A stretch of DNA of 64,000 nucleotides, from assembly GCA_963786935.1 (NCBI GenBank), contig CAWBAN010000001.1, forward strand, positions 128,001 through 192,000, given 5' to 3'. The stretch comes from an uncultured bacterium (GTDB lineage Bacteria > Krumholzibacteriota > Krumholzibacteriia > Krumholzibacteriales > Krumholzibacteriaceae). Under the pieces are notes generated by a model, which worked only from the letters and a program-made list of their open reading frames with translations, was not told where the DNA came from and did not search any database. Made by a program: the position numbers and the translations under genes. This document shows, one piece after another, positions 50,603-59,817 of this stretch (position 1 is the stretch's first letter; each line of letters begins with the position of its first letter).

Positions 50603-51565
50603 ATGCACGCATTATTGACGCATCTTATGTCGGCACTATCGAGGGTCGGATACTACCTTGAGGGCAGCTACACGCACCGGGTTCTCGTGACTGTCGTCGA
50701 TCTGCTGGGTCAGCTCTGGTATTTCTTCGTCGCCGGCATATTCATCTCGTCCGCCATATCGCTTATCTGGAGCCGCGAGTCCGTGGCGGCCTTCTTCCGG
50801 AGATCCTCCCGAGTATCGATCGTCGGCGCCGCGATCGCGGGCATCGTCTCTCCGATGCCCATGTATGCCGCTATTCCTCTCGTCGCGGCGTTGTTTCAAA
50901 TCGGCGTCCCCATACACGTGCTCTTCGCGTTCCTGGTGGCGTCTCCACTGATAAATCCCGTGCTGTTCTTCTTGACGGCGGGAGCGTTCGGCTACGAAAT
51001 GGCGCTGGCGAGAATCGCGGCTGCGCTCGTGCTCGGCGTCACGGCCGGATGGGTGGCATACGTTCTCACCGCTCATAACAAGCTGCGCGATTTTCTGAAC
51101 GCGGGGAGCGCGGGCTCGCTCACCGTGGCGGATGGGCGCCCGCACCCGTCTCTCGGAGCGTATGCGGCGGATTTCGGCCGCGAGGTCTATCACCTCGGCA
51201 GGTGGGCCGGAAAGTACTTTCTCCTCGGCATATTCGCCGCCGCGCTCGCGAAGAATCTCATCCCCGTCGGATGGATAGCCAAATCGTTCGGAGGAAATCA
51301 GACCTTTTCGGTTCTGACGGCGGTCGCGGCCGGCGTGCCGTTGTACGCCTGCGGCGGCGGCACCATCCCGGTCATGAAAACGCTCCAGGATCTGGGCCTG
51401 GACAAAGGAGCGGTGCTGGCCTTTTTCATCAGCGGCCCGGCTACCAAGCTGTCGACGATAGTCGCTCTGAATGCAGCCGTGACGAGGAGGGTCTTCTTCC
51501 TGTATCTCGCGATCACGATGGTCGGGGCGACTGTCTTCGGGCTGCTGTACAACCTATGGCGTTGA
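50603..51565 (+). CDS. Predicted permease (DUF318/ArsP-like)
   Basis: Multi-TM; FLVASPLINP, GVPLYACGGGTIP, ISGPAT motifs. Confidence 0.8.
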   Translation: MHALLTHLMSALSRVGYYLEGSYTHRVLVTVVDLLGQLWYFFVAGIFISSAISLIWSRESVAAFFRRSSRVSIVGAAIAGIVSPMPMYAAIPLVAALFQIGVPIHVLFAFLVASPLINPVLFFLTAGAFGYEMALARIAAALVLGVTAGWVAYVLTAHNKLRDFLNAGSAGSLTVADGRPHPSLGAYAADFGREVYHLGRWAGKYFLLGIFAAALAKNLIPVGWIAKSFGGNQTFSVLTAVAAGVPLYACGGGTIPVMKTLQDLGLDKGAVLAFFISGPATKLSTIVALNAAVTRRVFFLYLAITMVGATVFGLLYNLWR

Positions 51566-51640
51566 TTATGGTGAAAACGGTTATTCGGCGTTACTGGCGT
51601 TCGTCATGCGGTTGCGGCCGCTAGACAGGGGAGGAACGTA

Positions 51641-54600
51641 ATGAGCTCCGAGAGAAAGAACCGTCTCGGCTGGACTGTGGTGCTCTGCGCGATGTCCGTG
51701 CTTGTTCTGCTTGATGTATCGAACACGATTGCCCAGAAACGGGACAGGTCCGTCAATCCGGTCCTGATCGACAGGGAGACCGAGTCGGCGCCGACGCAGA
51801 ATTCCGTGGTCGGCGTCTGCCAATCGGACGATGCGGGCCTGTCCACGCCGGAACCGCTCGAGGCGACCCTGAGCGTGGCCGAGGTGGACGCGATGACACG
51901 CCTCGCCGTTCAGCGGGGCGGCGGGCTCGATGCGGTCGTCGAGGCGGGGGACTGGGTCGTCATCAAGGTCAACATTTTGCAGCTCCCCGGCGGCGCCCCT
52001 CAGGAGTGGGGCTGGTCGCACATAGGCACCGAAACGGACCTTCGGGTCGTGAGAAGCGTGATCCTGCAGCTGATCGAGCAGGGACGGGCGAGCCGCATCA
52101 CCGTGGCGGAGGGAAAAGCCTGGAAGAAGCTCGGTATGCCGGGCACGCCTGAAAGCCAGACGTACGACGGCTGGACGTATCACTGGGCCGACTATGGCGG
52201 CCTTTCCTACGAGGACATGCTCGCCGAGCTCGATCTCGCGACGCCGACAATCAAGGTCGACTACGTCGATCTCGACTACCCGCCCCACACGGCGAATGTA
52301 CCCGTGCCCGGCGGCGGAATCTCCATGGCGGCCTATACAGTCCCGGACGCCATCCTGAACTGCGACAAGATCATCGGAATCGCCCCGATGAAGACGCACG
52401 CGCTCACGAGGATAACCGGCGTCAACAAGCTCTACGTGGGAACCTCCCCGGCGAGCGTCTACAACACCGGCTACTGGAACCATATGGGAATCCCGCACTA
52501 CAACGCGGGAGGCGCCCCGAACGCGATCGAGCGGACGATCTCCGATCTCGTCTCCTATCATCCCGCCGACTTCGGCATCGTCGAAGGCATCTGGGGCACG
52601 GAAGGGGAAGGTCCGCAGGGCGGGAGCGCGATCAAGAGAAACGTCATCCTCGCGAGCAGCGATCCCGTGGCCGTCGACGCGGCAACCGCATATTCGATGG
52701 GGTTCAATCCATGGGACATCGATCATCTGCACTACTGCCATAACAAGGGCTTCGGGATCAACAATCTCGACTATATCACCGTCAGCGGCCCGTCCCTCGA
52801 CGACATACGGCACGACTTCGTCAAGCCGGCGCGCGGCCCCGGATACTACCAGGGCCGCGGCAACCGTACCTGGCTCGTCAACGGTCCTCACGACGGCACC
52901 GATATCGATCAGGATTATCTCGGTGGCCTGGAAGCGACCGTATCTCCGGTCGAAGGAGACGTGACCGAGGAGAAAACTTGGACGAAGTTTTCCGATATCG
53001 ACGACTACATGGACCTCGCGGCGCAGTACGGGGCGCCCGCCAGCTGTGTCACGTACGCCTTCACCCGGATCATCGCGAAGGAGGAAACGACGGCACGGCT
53101 CCGTTTCGGCGCCGACGACGGGATCAAGATATGGCTCAACGGTAGCCCGATCTACACGAACGGGAGCACCGGCGGTTGGTCGCTCGTTCAGCAGGATATC
53201 TCCATCACCCTGCAGCAGGGCGTGAACCGGCTCCTCGTCAAGATCAAGAACACGACCGGCAACTACGGGTTCAGCATGTTCGTGTGCGAGCCGGACGGCG
53301 ACACGCCGATGGGAATCAGGTACTCGACGCTCGCCGCCGATGCGCCGGAGATTACTCTCAATGCGCCCGGGAACAACGCGACGACGACGAACGACCAGGT
53401 GATCCTGAGCGCGTCGGTGTCCTCTCCGGACGGATCTCCGCTGACCGTGAGATTCTTCGGGGACGCCGTTGACGCGTCCACGCTCCTCGAGGAGAAGACG
53501 GCGGTGCCGAGCGGCACGACCGTCTCGCACACCTGGAGCGCCCATCCGATGAACGTCGACGCGAACACGATCGCCTTGTGGCATTTCGACGAAGGCACGG
53601 GGAACATCGTGTACGACGAATCGCCGAACCACAACGACGGAACGCTCGTCAACGGCGCGTCGTGGACGACGGGCAGGTTCGGCTCGGCCCTGCACTTCAA
53701 CGGAACGAACCAGTACGTCCGCGTGCCCGACGCGGCGAGTCTGAATCCCACGTCCCAGATCACGATCGAGCTGTGGACGTACCGGGAAGACAACAGGTCG
53801 TGGAGCAAATTGATGGCGAAGCCGTACGGTTTGAACTTGTGGCCGGCTCCGCTCTACGTCACGTACGGTCTCGCGATGCAGACGAGGGGTGGGGACGTCG
53901 GGAACCTCGTCGAGTTTCCGATCAGCATAAACAGCCAGCCTATCGGCATGGCGCCGGACGGCAACGGGTATGTCATCATTCCAACGCTCGAGTGGCACTA
54001 CATCGCGGTCACGTTCGACGGCGTGCATCACCGTATCTATGTCGACGGCGTGCTCGACAGGGAGCAGGACATCCCGGGAACGCCTCCCTGGACGATCGAT
54101 CCCGGAGCCACGCCACGCAGCGATCTTTTCATCGGCTCGGCGGATCCGGATATTCCGAGCGTCGGCGGCTACTATCTCGGGAGCCTCGACGAGGTGAGGA
54201 TCTCGAACAGGGCCCGGACAGCCCAGGAAATATCGAATGCGTACCAGTTTGCCGCGGGCAACCGACTGACTCCGGGGGACTATGTGTGGAAAGTCATGGC
54301 GGACAACGGCACGAAGACGAGCGTCTCGGAGACGAGGCATTTCACCGCCGAGGATCCAGCGCCCGATCTCGAGCCGCCGGTCGTCACGCAGAACTATCCT
54401 GAGAACGGATTTACGACGACCGACGAGCCGGTCGAGCTGAGTGCAACGGTGGATGATCCCGAGGGGAACAAGATGACCGTCCGGTTCTACGGAGGCACGA
54501 GCCCCGATCCGTCGACGCTCCTGTACGAGGTCTCGAACGTCACCGATCCGTCCGATGTAGCGTACGTGTGGAACCGGCTGGCGCAGGAATTGAGCGTGGA

Positions 54601-57600
54601 GCCCCCTTACACGGCCTCTCTGTGGCACTTCAACGAGGGATCCGGCACGACGACGGGGGACGCAAGCGCGAACGGCAACGGAGGGAGCATATCCGGCGCG
54701 ACGTGGACGACGGGGCGATTCGGGGCGGGACTGGATTTCGACGGGACAAATGACTACGTGCAGGTCGCCGATGCGGCGAGCCTCGACATCACGGGCGATT
54801 TGACCCTCGAGGCCTGGATCTATCCGCGAGCGCTCACGACCGACCGCCTGATCCTTACCAAGCGGGACGACGGCGGAACCTGCAACTATCAAATGTATCT
54901 CAACAGCGATAACGAGGGGCTCTCGTTCTACGCGGGGGGAGCGACGGAGTATCAGTCCAGTCTCGTTCCCACCCTGAATGAATGGAATTACGTCGCTGTC
55001 GTCCGTTCGGGCGCAACGCTTACCTTCTATCTGAACAGCCAGACGCAGACGATGGCGGGGCCGGGGAGCCTCACGGCAAACGATCAGCCGTTGCAGATCG
55101 GGAGCAGGTCGCTCGGCTCTATACCTGAAGCGTTTAACGGGCTCATCGACGAGGCCCGCGTCACGAACCGCGCCTTGGCGCCGGCGGAAATTGCCCTGGA
55201 TTACTCGAGCGATCTCGCGCCGGGCACCTACTACTGGAAGGTGACGGCGAACGACGGGACGAACGAGGGCGTGTCCGGTATCCGGTATTTCGAGATACTT
55301 CCGAATCAGGCGCCCGTGGTCGCGCTCAACTATCCCGACGACGGGTCGAGCACGACGGCCAAGTCCGTCGAGCTCAGCGCCACCGCCGACGATCCGGAAG
55401 GCGATCCGATGACGGTGTCGTTCTACGGAGACAAGGACATGAACCCGCCGACGACGCTTCTATATCAAGCGTCGGGTTTCTCCGATCCTTCGACGGTGAC
55501 CTACGTGTGGGGCCGCGCCCCCCAGGAGCTTCCGGTGAATGCCAACACCACCGCTCTGTGGCATTTCAGCGAGAACACCGGGCTGACGACGGCGGATGCG
55601 ACGGTCAACGGCAACAACGGCACACTCGGCACTCTCACGAACGCGCCGACGTGGACGACGGGGCGTTTCGGAGCGGGGCTGAGCTTCGACGGGTCAAACG
55701 ACTACGTTCTCGTGAACGACGCTTCGAGCCTCGACATCCCCGGCGAGCTGACGCTCGAGGCATGGATCAAGCCGACTGCGCTCACCTATTACCACGTCAT
55801 CGTCGCGAAGCGGGACGCGGGAGCGGGCTGCAACTATCAGATGTCGATCAGCGGGACAGGGGGCGCGGAGGTGCTCGCCTTCTACAATGGCATCACGGAG
55901 TACCGGTCGACGCTCGTTCCGACGGTGGGGCAGTGGAACTACGTGGCGGTAGTGCAGACGGCGGGCACGCTGACGTTCTATCTGAACGGCCAGACGCAGA
56001 CGATGACGGGCCCCGTGAGCCTCACGGTGAACGATCAGCCCGTGCAGATCGGGGGCAGGTCGCTCGGCACGATCCCCGAGGCCTTCAACGGGACGATCGA
56101 CGAGGTCAGGATCACGAACCGCGCGCTGACACCGTCCGAAATAGCGTCCGATTACTCGGCCGAGCTCGCGGAGGGGCGGTACTATTGGAAGGTCACGGCC
56201 GCTGACGCCGATAACACCGCCGCATCAGCGGTTCGTTACTTCGACGTGATCGGGGACGTTCTCCCGCCCGTGATCACGATGACGAGTCCGGCCCAGGGAT
56301 ATACGACCTACGCGAAATCAGTGGGGCTCAGCGCGACGGTCAGCGACCCCGAGGGGAGCCCGATGACCGTGTGGCTCTACGGGGACTCGAACCCCGATCC
56401 GACGACGCTCCTCTCTCAGTGGTCCGACGTTTCCAGCCCCACCGACGTGACGTACGTCTGGGGCGCCGCGGCCCATGAGCTGAGCGTCGAGCCGGGATCC
56501 ACGGCGGGCCTGTGGCATCTCAACGAGGGGGGCGGCGCTACTGCCGCGGATGCCACGACGAACGGCAACACGGGAATCGTCTCCGGCGCCGGCTGGACGA
56601 TAGGCAGGTTCGGCTCCGCGCTCACGTTCGACGGCGTCGACGACTACCTCGAAATGCTCGATAGCCCGAGCCTCGACATCACCGGCGCGGTGACGATCGA
56701 GGCATGGGTGCGGTTCGAGACGATTCAATCGGACTGGAGAGTCATCGCGGGGAAGGTGAACACGACCCTGAACCAGTCGAACTATCACCTGAGCAAGTCG
56801 GCCGATCACAAGTTCAACTTCGGATTCAACGAGAACGGCACGTCGGGCGGCTGGCACGGGTATTCCTCCAAGCTGACCGCCGCCGCCGGGCAGTGGTACT
56901 ACGTCGCCGCCACGTACAGCGACGCCGCCAATGAAGTCCGGATCTATGTCAACGGCGTGCGAGATACGCTGTACGCGTGCCCCTATTCGATGATCACGAA
57001 CGACCTGCCTCTGAGGATTGGGCGGAACAACAACGGGCTGGAGGTGCTTAACGCCGCGATCGACGAGATCCGGATCATGAACCGCGCGCTGACGCAGCAG
57101 GAGGTGGCGGCCAACTACTCCTCCGAGCTCGCCGAGGGCCGCCACTACTGGAAGGTGGTCGCGTACGACGGCAAGCATACCACGAGCTCCACCCGGTACT
57201 TCGACATACTCGGCGACGTCCTTCCGCCGGTGATTACGCTCGACGATCCCCCCGAGGGATATTCCACCACGGCGAATTCCGTTTCGCTCGAAGCCACGGT
57301 CGACGATCCCGAGGGGAGCCCGATGACGGTGTGGTTCTACGGAGACAAAGGCTTGAACCCGCCGACGACGCTTCTCTATCAGCAGGCCGGAGTCGCCGAT
57401 CCCTCGACGCTCTCGCACCTGTGGGAGTATGCGACCCAGGAACTCGGCGTCGAGGTCCCGGCCACGGCCGCTCTGTGGCATTTCAGCGAGAACACCGGGC
57501 TGACGACGGCGGATGCGACGGTCAACGGCAACAACGGCACACTCGGCACTCTCACGAACGCGCCGACGTGGACGACGGGGCGTTTCGGAGCGGGGCTGAG

Positions 57601-59743
57601 CTTCGACGGGTCAAACGACTACGTTCTCGTGAACGACGCTTCGAGCCTCGACATCCCCGGCGAGCTGACGCTCGAGGCATGGATCAAGCCGACTGCGCTC
57701 ACCTATTACCACGTCATCGTCGCGAAGCGGGACGCGGGAGCGGGCTGCAACTATCAGATGTCGATCAGCGGGACAGGGGGCGCGGAGGTGCTCGCCTTCT
57801 ACAATGGCATCACGGAGTACCGGTCGACGCTCGTTCCGACGGTGGGGCAGTGGAACTACGTGGCGGTGGTGCAGACGGCGGGCACGCTGACGTTCTACCT
57901 GAACGGGCAGGCGCAGACGATGGCGGGCCCCGTGAGCCTCACGGTGAACGATCAGCCCGTGCAGATCGGGGGCAGGTCGGTTGGCAGCACGTCCGAGCTC
58001 TTCAATGGGACGATCGACGAGGTGCGGATCACGAACCGGGCGCTGACTCCCGCGGAGATCGCGGCGAGCCGGTCCGCTCCATTGTCCGAGGGCCGCTACT
58101 ACTGGACCGTGAAGGCGAGCGACGGCAAGCACGACGGGACGACCGTGGTCAGCTTCTTCGACATCGTGATCCGGCCGGATATCCCCGTGCTCGGCGCTCC
58201 GCCCGATCTCGCCCCGATAACCGACAACACTCCGACCTTCACGTGGAGCGCCACGGCGGGTTCGGGCGGGACCTACACGCTGGAGTATGCGCTGGATGCC
58301 GGGTTCATGAACGTGGTGAAGACGATCAGCGGCGTCAGTGCAAATACCTACACCGTTCCCGATCCCGACGCTCTGGCGGACAACACCTATTTCTGGCACG
58401 TTCAGGCGATTGACCAGTGGAGCAATCCGAGCGGGTACCAGACGGTGCCGTTCTCATTCACCGTGGACGCGGTGGCGCCGGGCTCGCCGGAGGACTTCGC
58501 TGTCGCGCCGGGGCACGAGAAGTGCAAGCTGAGCTGGACGAATCCCGGCGCTCCGGACTTCGCGGGCGTGATGATCCGCCGTAATCCCTGGAACGCCGGT
58601 GCATATCCCGAGTTTGAGGGCACGCCCGTCGGCTACCCCGCCGGCCCTACGGATGGCGAGGAGGTCTATATAGGCGCGGCGGAGTCCTTCGAGGATGCCG
58701 GTATACCCCGGAATGTGTACTACTACACCATCTTTTCCTTCGATGGCGCCGGCAACTACTCCGCCGCCGTCCCGGCGGTGCAAGGCCGGGCCACGAGCTA
58801 CTGGCTGGGCGATGTCGACGCCGACGGGTATGTGCGGTCAGAGGATGTGGTGACCTTCTCGAGCGCGTTCGGTTCGTACGAAGGCGGTTCCGGCTGGAAC
58901 AATGTCTGCGACTTCGGACCGAGCGACGACAATTCGAGATTCGGCATTCCGCGCCCGGACGATGTGGTCGATTTCGAGGATCTCATAATCCTGGCGATGA
59001 ACTACGGTAACGTCGAGCCGCTGAGCCTGGAACGTCTCGCTGCGGGAAGTGCGGCGGCCGTCGAGGATCTCGAACGTCTGGTGGGCTTCGAGATTGTGCC
59101 GGCCGGCGCTGATGCAGTTTCGATTGTTCTCAGGAACAAGGCCGCGACTCTCAAGGGTGTTCGTCTCGCGGTCGAGGTTGTCGGTGGGGAGCTCACGAGG
59201 GTTGATCGCGGCTCGCTCTTCGCGGGGCATTCGGATCTTTTCTTCGGCTCGATACGCAAAGGAGGCGCGGCAGTCGATGTCTGCGCAGCCGCTCTCGGTG
59301 CCGGGGCGCCGCTGGAGGTCTCCGGCGAGATCGCGCGCCTGGTGATCAAAGCCACGGGCACGGAAGCCGCCGTCGTACGGATCAAGAGCATCGATCTCCG
59401 CGATGTGGACAACGAGAAGACCGAGCTCGCGGGCGAAGGGGAGTACGAGAAGCCGTTCGTGCCGACGACGACGGCGCTCATGCAGAACTTCCCGAATCCG
59501 TTCAATCCGTCGACCACCCTCACTTTCGACATGGCGCAGGCGGGACCGGTGACAATCCAGATCTACGACGTGTCGGGTCGTCTCATCCGGACGCTCGCGA
59601 ATGAGCGGAGGGATGCGGGACGGCACAGCGTCGAGTGGAACGGAATGGATGCGAACGGGTCTTCGGTACCGAGCGGCATCTACTTCTACCGGATGAAGGC
59701 ATCAGGCTTCGAGGCCACGAAGAAGATGATTCTCGTACGGTAA
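51641..59743 (+). CDS. 2700-aa secreted protein: DUF362, PA14-like, five LamG/Ig repeats, FN3-like, dockerin-like, cohesin-like, FlgD/T9SS-type CTD
   Basis: VVIKVN, TD.RVV, MKTH, EGEGP, DPVAVDA (DUF362); GADDGIKIWLNG (PA14-like); LWHF.E..G...G.FG..L.FDG..IDEVRI.NRAL x5; GDVDADG..VDFEDL; NFPNPFNP tail. Confidence 0.82.
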   Translation: MSSERKNRLGWTVVLCAMSVLVLLDVSNTIAQKRDRSVNPVLIDRETESAPTQNSVVGVCQSDDAGLSTPEPLEATLSVAEVDAMTRLAVQRGGGLDAVVEAGDWVVIKVNILQLPGGAPQEWGWSHIGTETDLRVVRSVILQLIEQGRASRITVAEGKAWKKLGMPGTPESQTYDGWTYHWADYGGLSYEDMLAELDLATPTIKVDYVDLDYPPHTANVPVPGGGISMAAYTVPDAILNCDKIIGIAPMKTHALTRITGVNKLYVGTSPASVYNTGYWNHMGIPHYNAGGAPNAIERTISDLVSYHPADFGIVEGIWGTEGEGPQGGSAIKRNVILASSDPVAVDAATAYSMGFNPWDIDHLHYCHNKGFGINNLDYITVSGPSLDDIRHDFVKPARGPGYYQGRGNRTWLVNGPHDGTDIDQDYLGGLEATVSPVEGDVTEEKTWTKFSDIDDYMDLAAQYGAPASCVTYAFTRIIAKEETTARLRFGADDGIKIWLNGSPIYTNGSTGGWSLVQQDISITLQQGVNRLLVKIKNTTGNYGFSMFVCEPDGDTPMGIRYSTLAADAPEITLNAPGNNATTTNDQVILSASVSSPDGSPLTVRFFGDAVDASTLLEEKTAVPSGTTVSHTWSAHPMNVDANTIALWHFDEGTGNIVYDESPNHNDGTLVNGASWTTGRFGSALHFNGTNQYVRVPDAASLNPTSQITIELWTYREDNRSWSKLMAKPYGLNLWPAPLYVTYGLAMQTRGGDVGNLVEFPISINSQPIGMAPDGNGYVIIPTLEWHYIAVTFDGVHHRIYVDGVLDREQDIPGTPPWTIDPGATPRSDLFIGSADPDIPSVGGYYLGSLDEVRISNRARTAQEISNAYQFAAGNRLTPGDYVWKVMADNGTKTSVSETRHFTAEDPAPDLEPPVVTQNYPENGFTTTDEPVELSATVDDPEGNKMTVRFYGGTSPDPSTLLYEVSNVTDPSDVAYVWNRLAQELSVEPPYTASLWHFNEGSGTTTGDASANGNGGSISGATWTTGRFGAGLDFDGTNDYVQVADAASLDITGDLTLEAWIYPRALTTDRLILTKRDDGGTCNYQMYLNSDNEGLSFYAGGATEYQSSLVPTLNEWNYVAVVRSGATLTFYLNSQTQTMAGPGSLTANDQPLQIGSRSLGSIPEAFNGLIDEARVTNRALAPAEIALDYSSDLAPGTYYWKVTANDGTNEGVSGIRYFEILPNQAPVVALNYPDDGSSTTAKSVELSATADDPEGDPMTVSFYGDKDMNPPTTLLYQASGFSDPSTVTYVWGRAPQELPVNANTTALWHFSENTGLTTADATVNGNNGTLGTLTNAPTWTTGRFGAGLSFDGSNDYVLVNDASSLDIPGELTLEAWIKPTALTYYHVIVAKRDAGAGCNYQMSISGTGGAEVLAFYNGITEYRSTLVPTVGQWNYVAVVQTAGTLTFYLNGQTQTMTGPVSLTVNDQPVQIGGRSLGTIPEAFNGTIDEVRITNRALTPSEIASDYSAELAEGRYYWKVTAADADNTAASAVRYFDVIGDVLPPVITMTSPAQGYTTYAKSVGLSATVSDPEGSPMTVWLYGDSNPDPTTLLSQWSDVSSPTDVTYVWGAAAHELSVEPGSTAGLWHLNEGGGATAADATTNGNTGIVSGAGWTIGRFGSALTFDGVDDYLEMLDSPSLDITGAVTIEAWVRFETIQSDWRVIAGKVNTTLNQSNYHLSKSADHKFNFGFNENGTSGGWHGYSSKLTAAAGQWYYVAATYSDAANEVRIYVNGVRDTLYACPYSMITNDLPLRIGRNNNGLEVLNAAIDEIRIMNRALTQQEVAANYSSELAEGRHYWKVVAYDGKHTTSSTRYFDILGDVLPPVITLDDPPEGYSTTANSVSLEATVDDPEGSPMTVWFYGDKGLNPPTTLLYQQAGVADPSTLSHLWEYATQELGVEVPATAALWHFSENTGLTTADATVNGNNGTLGTLTNAPTWTTGRFGAGLSFDGSNDYVLVNDASSLDIPGELTLEAWIKPTALTYYHVIVAKRDAGAGCNYQMSISGTGGAEVLAFYNGITEYRSTLVPTVGQWNYVAVVQTAGTLTFYLNGQAQTMAGPVSLTVNDQPVQIGGRSVGSTSELFNGTIDEVRITNRALTPAEIAASRSAPLSEGRYYWTVKASDGKHDGTTVVSFFDIVIRPDIPVLGAPPDLAPITDNTPTFTWSATAGSGGTYTLEYALDAGFMNVVKTISGVSANTYTVPDPDALADNTYFWHVQAIDQWSNPSGYQTVPFSFTVDAVAPGSPEDFAVAPGHEKCKLSWTNPGAPDFAGVMIRRNPWNAGAYPEFEGTPVGYPAGPTDGEEVYIGAAESFEDAGIPRNVYYYTIFSFDGAGNYSAAVPAVQGRATSYWLGDVDADGYVRSEDVVTFSSAFGSYEGGSGWNNVCDFGPSDDNSRFGIPRPDDVVDFEDLIILAMNYGNVEPLSLERLAAGSAAAVEDLERLVGFEIVPAGADAVSIVLRNKAATLKGVRLAVEVVGGELTRVDRGSLFAGHSDLFFGSIRKGGAAVDVCAAALGAGAPLEVSGEIARLVIKATGTEAAVVRIKSIDLRDVDNEKTELAGEGEYEKPFVPTTTALMQNFPNPFNPSTTLTFDMAQAGPVTIQIYDVSGRLIRTLANERRDAGRHSVEWNGMDANGSSVPSGIYFYRMKASGFEATKKMILVR
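55551..56062 (+). repeat. ~512-bp near-identical intragenic direct repeat, copy A (LamG unit 3)
   Basis: Matches 57468-57979 at offset 1917; about 5 mismatches by eye. Confidence 0.9.
57468..57979 (+). repeat. ~512-bp near-identical intragenic direct repeat, copy B (LamG unit 5)
   Basis: Matches 55551-56062. Confidence 0.9.
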
Positions 59744-59758
59744 TTTGAGGGAATGGGA

Positions 59759-59788
59759 TGCGGGAGGCGCGACGGCGCGCCTCCCGCA
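59759..59788 (+). promoter_or_regulatory. Intercistronic 13-bp GC stem-loop without U tract (copy 2)
   Basis: TGCGGGAGGCGCG-acgg-CGCGCCTCCCGCA; same stem as 49229-49257. Confidence 0.75.
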
Positions 59789-59817
59789 GTTCCCGATTCT
59801 CTCATGGAGGCAGCTTT

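Noticed and set aside
55551..57979. Diversity-generating retroelement TR/VR pair
   Set aside because: Both copies are in-frame parts of one gene, only about 3 of 5 mismatches involve A, and no reverse transcriptase is in the window.
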